DNA of 64,000 nt from Octopus sinensis (Eukaryota): NCBI RefSeq assembly GCF_006345805.1, contig NC_043007.1, forward strand, positions 62,930,001 to 62,994,000, in the 5' to 3' direction. Below the pieces are notes generated by a model. It had not been told where the DNA came from and ran no database searches. It was given only the letters and a program-made list of their open reading frames with translations. The position numbers and the translations under genes were made by a program. Position 1 is the first letter of the stretch. Every line of letters begins with the position of its first letter. Below, piece after piece: positions 63,056-64,000 of the stretch.

Positions 63056-64000
63056 TTAATCATATTATTCAGTTAGGGCTGACCTGGGTCTAAACAACAA
63101 CTAAAGTCACTATGACTATTAGTGCAGTGAAACATATTGGTTATATAGTTAAAATTATGTTTCTTGCAATGGCTGTAGAGTAGTTTAAATACAAAACTCT
63201 ATGAGCAGTCTAACCACTCGGCTACCAATCTTAATCAATTATTTGTTAGTGACTATCATTGCAGATCTCCCATGTTATTCATTTACTAAAGTGATGCATC
63301 TAAGTTCCCTCTAATCTGATAGGGATATATTTATAAACTTTCAGAGGAAAACCTGAGGAAATACAGTGATATTGCCCAAGTTCTCAAGGGTGACAGTGAT
63401 GAATATAGAAATGTAGACAATATTGATATACTGCAAGTTCTGTAAGAAGTTGAAATGTGACTGGTTTCTTTTACTGCATCTTACTCTTCTCTTTAAAATT
63501 AGATTAGCAGTGGGAGGAGTCTTGTTTCTATTGAGTCTGGAAATAATTTGACAGCTAAATTTATAAATAAATAAAATAAATAAAACTGATTCGATATAGC
63601 ATTAAATTTAGTTTTCATAATTTGTCTGACAATTTAGCTTTGAGAAAAGGTTTAGACAAATGCAGTTTGTGAAAATTCAACATTGAATTGAGGACTTATT
63701 GAAATTTTTTATTGATATAAAATTTGAAACATTTAATCTTGAGTCTTTATATCCTTTGAGTGTTTTTCAAGTTTGATTAACACTTTAAATAAGAGGTGTT
63801 TGCAATAAGTAATATCACATGATAGTTGGAAGGCTGTTGACCAGAACCACTGAAGATTCTCTTGAATAAGAAAAGTCATGAGAAAAGGAGATTAATGTGG
63901 TGAAGTCAACTGGAAATAAAAAATATAAAGTTGTGTCATGTAATTCTATATATGTATGTAAATATAGATACTTAAACAAGTCACTTTATTGCATATGTAA

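Noticed and set aside
63205-63240. GGTAGCCGAGTGGTTAG A-box-like tRNA start on the minus strand
   Set aside because: No cloverleaf or B box; at most a SINE head remnant.

Overview
AT-rich, repeat-dense animal genomic DNA, most likely an octopod cephalopod (inferred from SINE families recognised from memory, not from a search). Only one host exon is recognisable in 64 kb: 22236-22401 (+), encoding the C-terminal half of an Ena/VASP EVH1 domain, so much or all of the window is probably intron of a large enabled (Mena-like) gene. The rest is a transposon graveyard: RTE LINEs (one near-intact 5'-truncated copy with a PHD-type zinc finger inside its RT, several decayed copies and a BovB-like 3' end), two R4/Dong-like RLE retrotransposon remnants, a Ty3/Gypsy provirus with one LTR, a Penelope RT fragment, mariner, maT (DD37D), Tigger and hAT remnants, an internally deleted piggyBac, many ~215-bp TTAA-flanked MITEs, tRNA-derived SINEs and very long (TA)n arrays. 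The most unusual observations are: a decayed 18S rRNA 5' fragment joined head-to-head to a LINE-like region and bracketed by a perfect 19-bp inverted repeat (52.5-52.85 kb); a foldback element whose right arm has swallowed 5 kb of microsatellite and LINE (9.9-15.7 kb); a tandem double-hairpin array in the RTE 3' UTR; and two hammerhead-ribozyme-like cores. All family assignments come from hand translation and motif recognition; no database searches were run.
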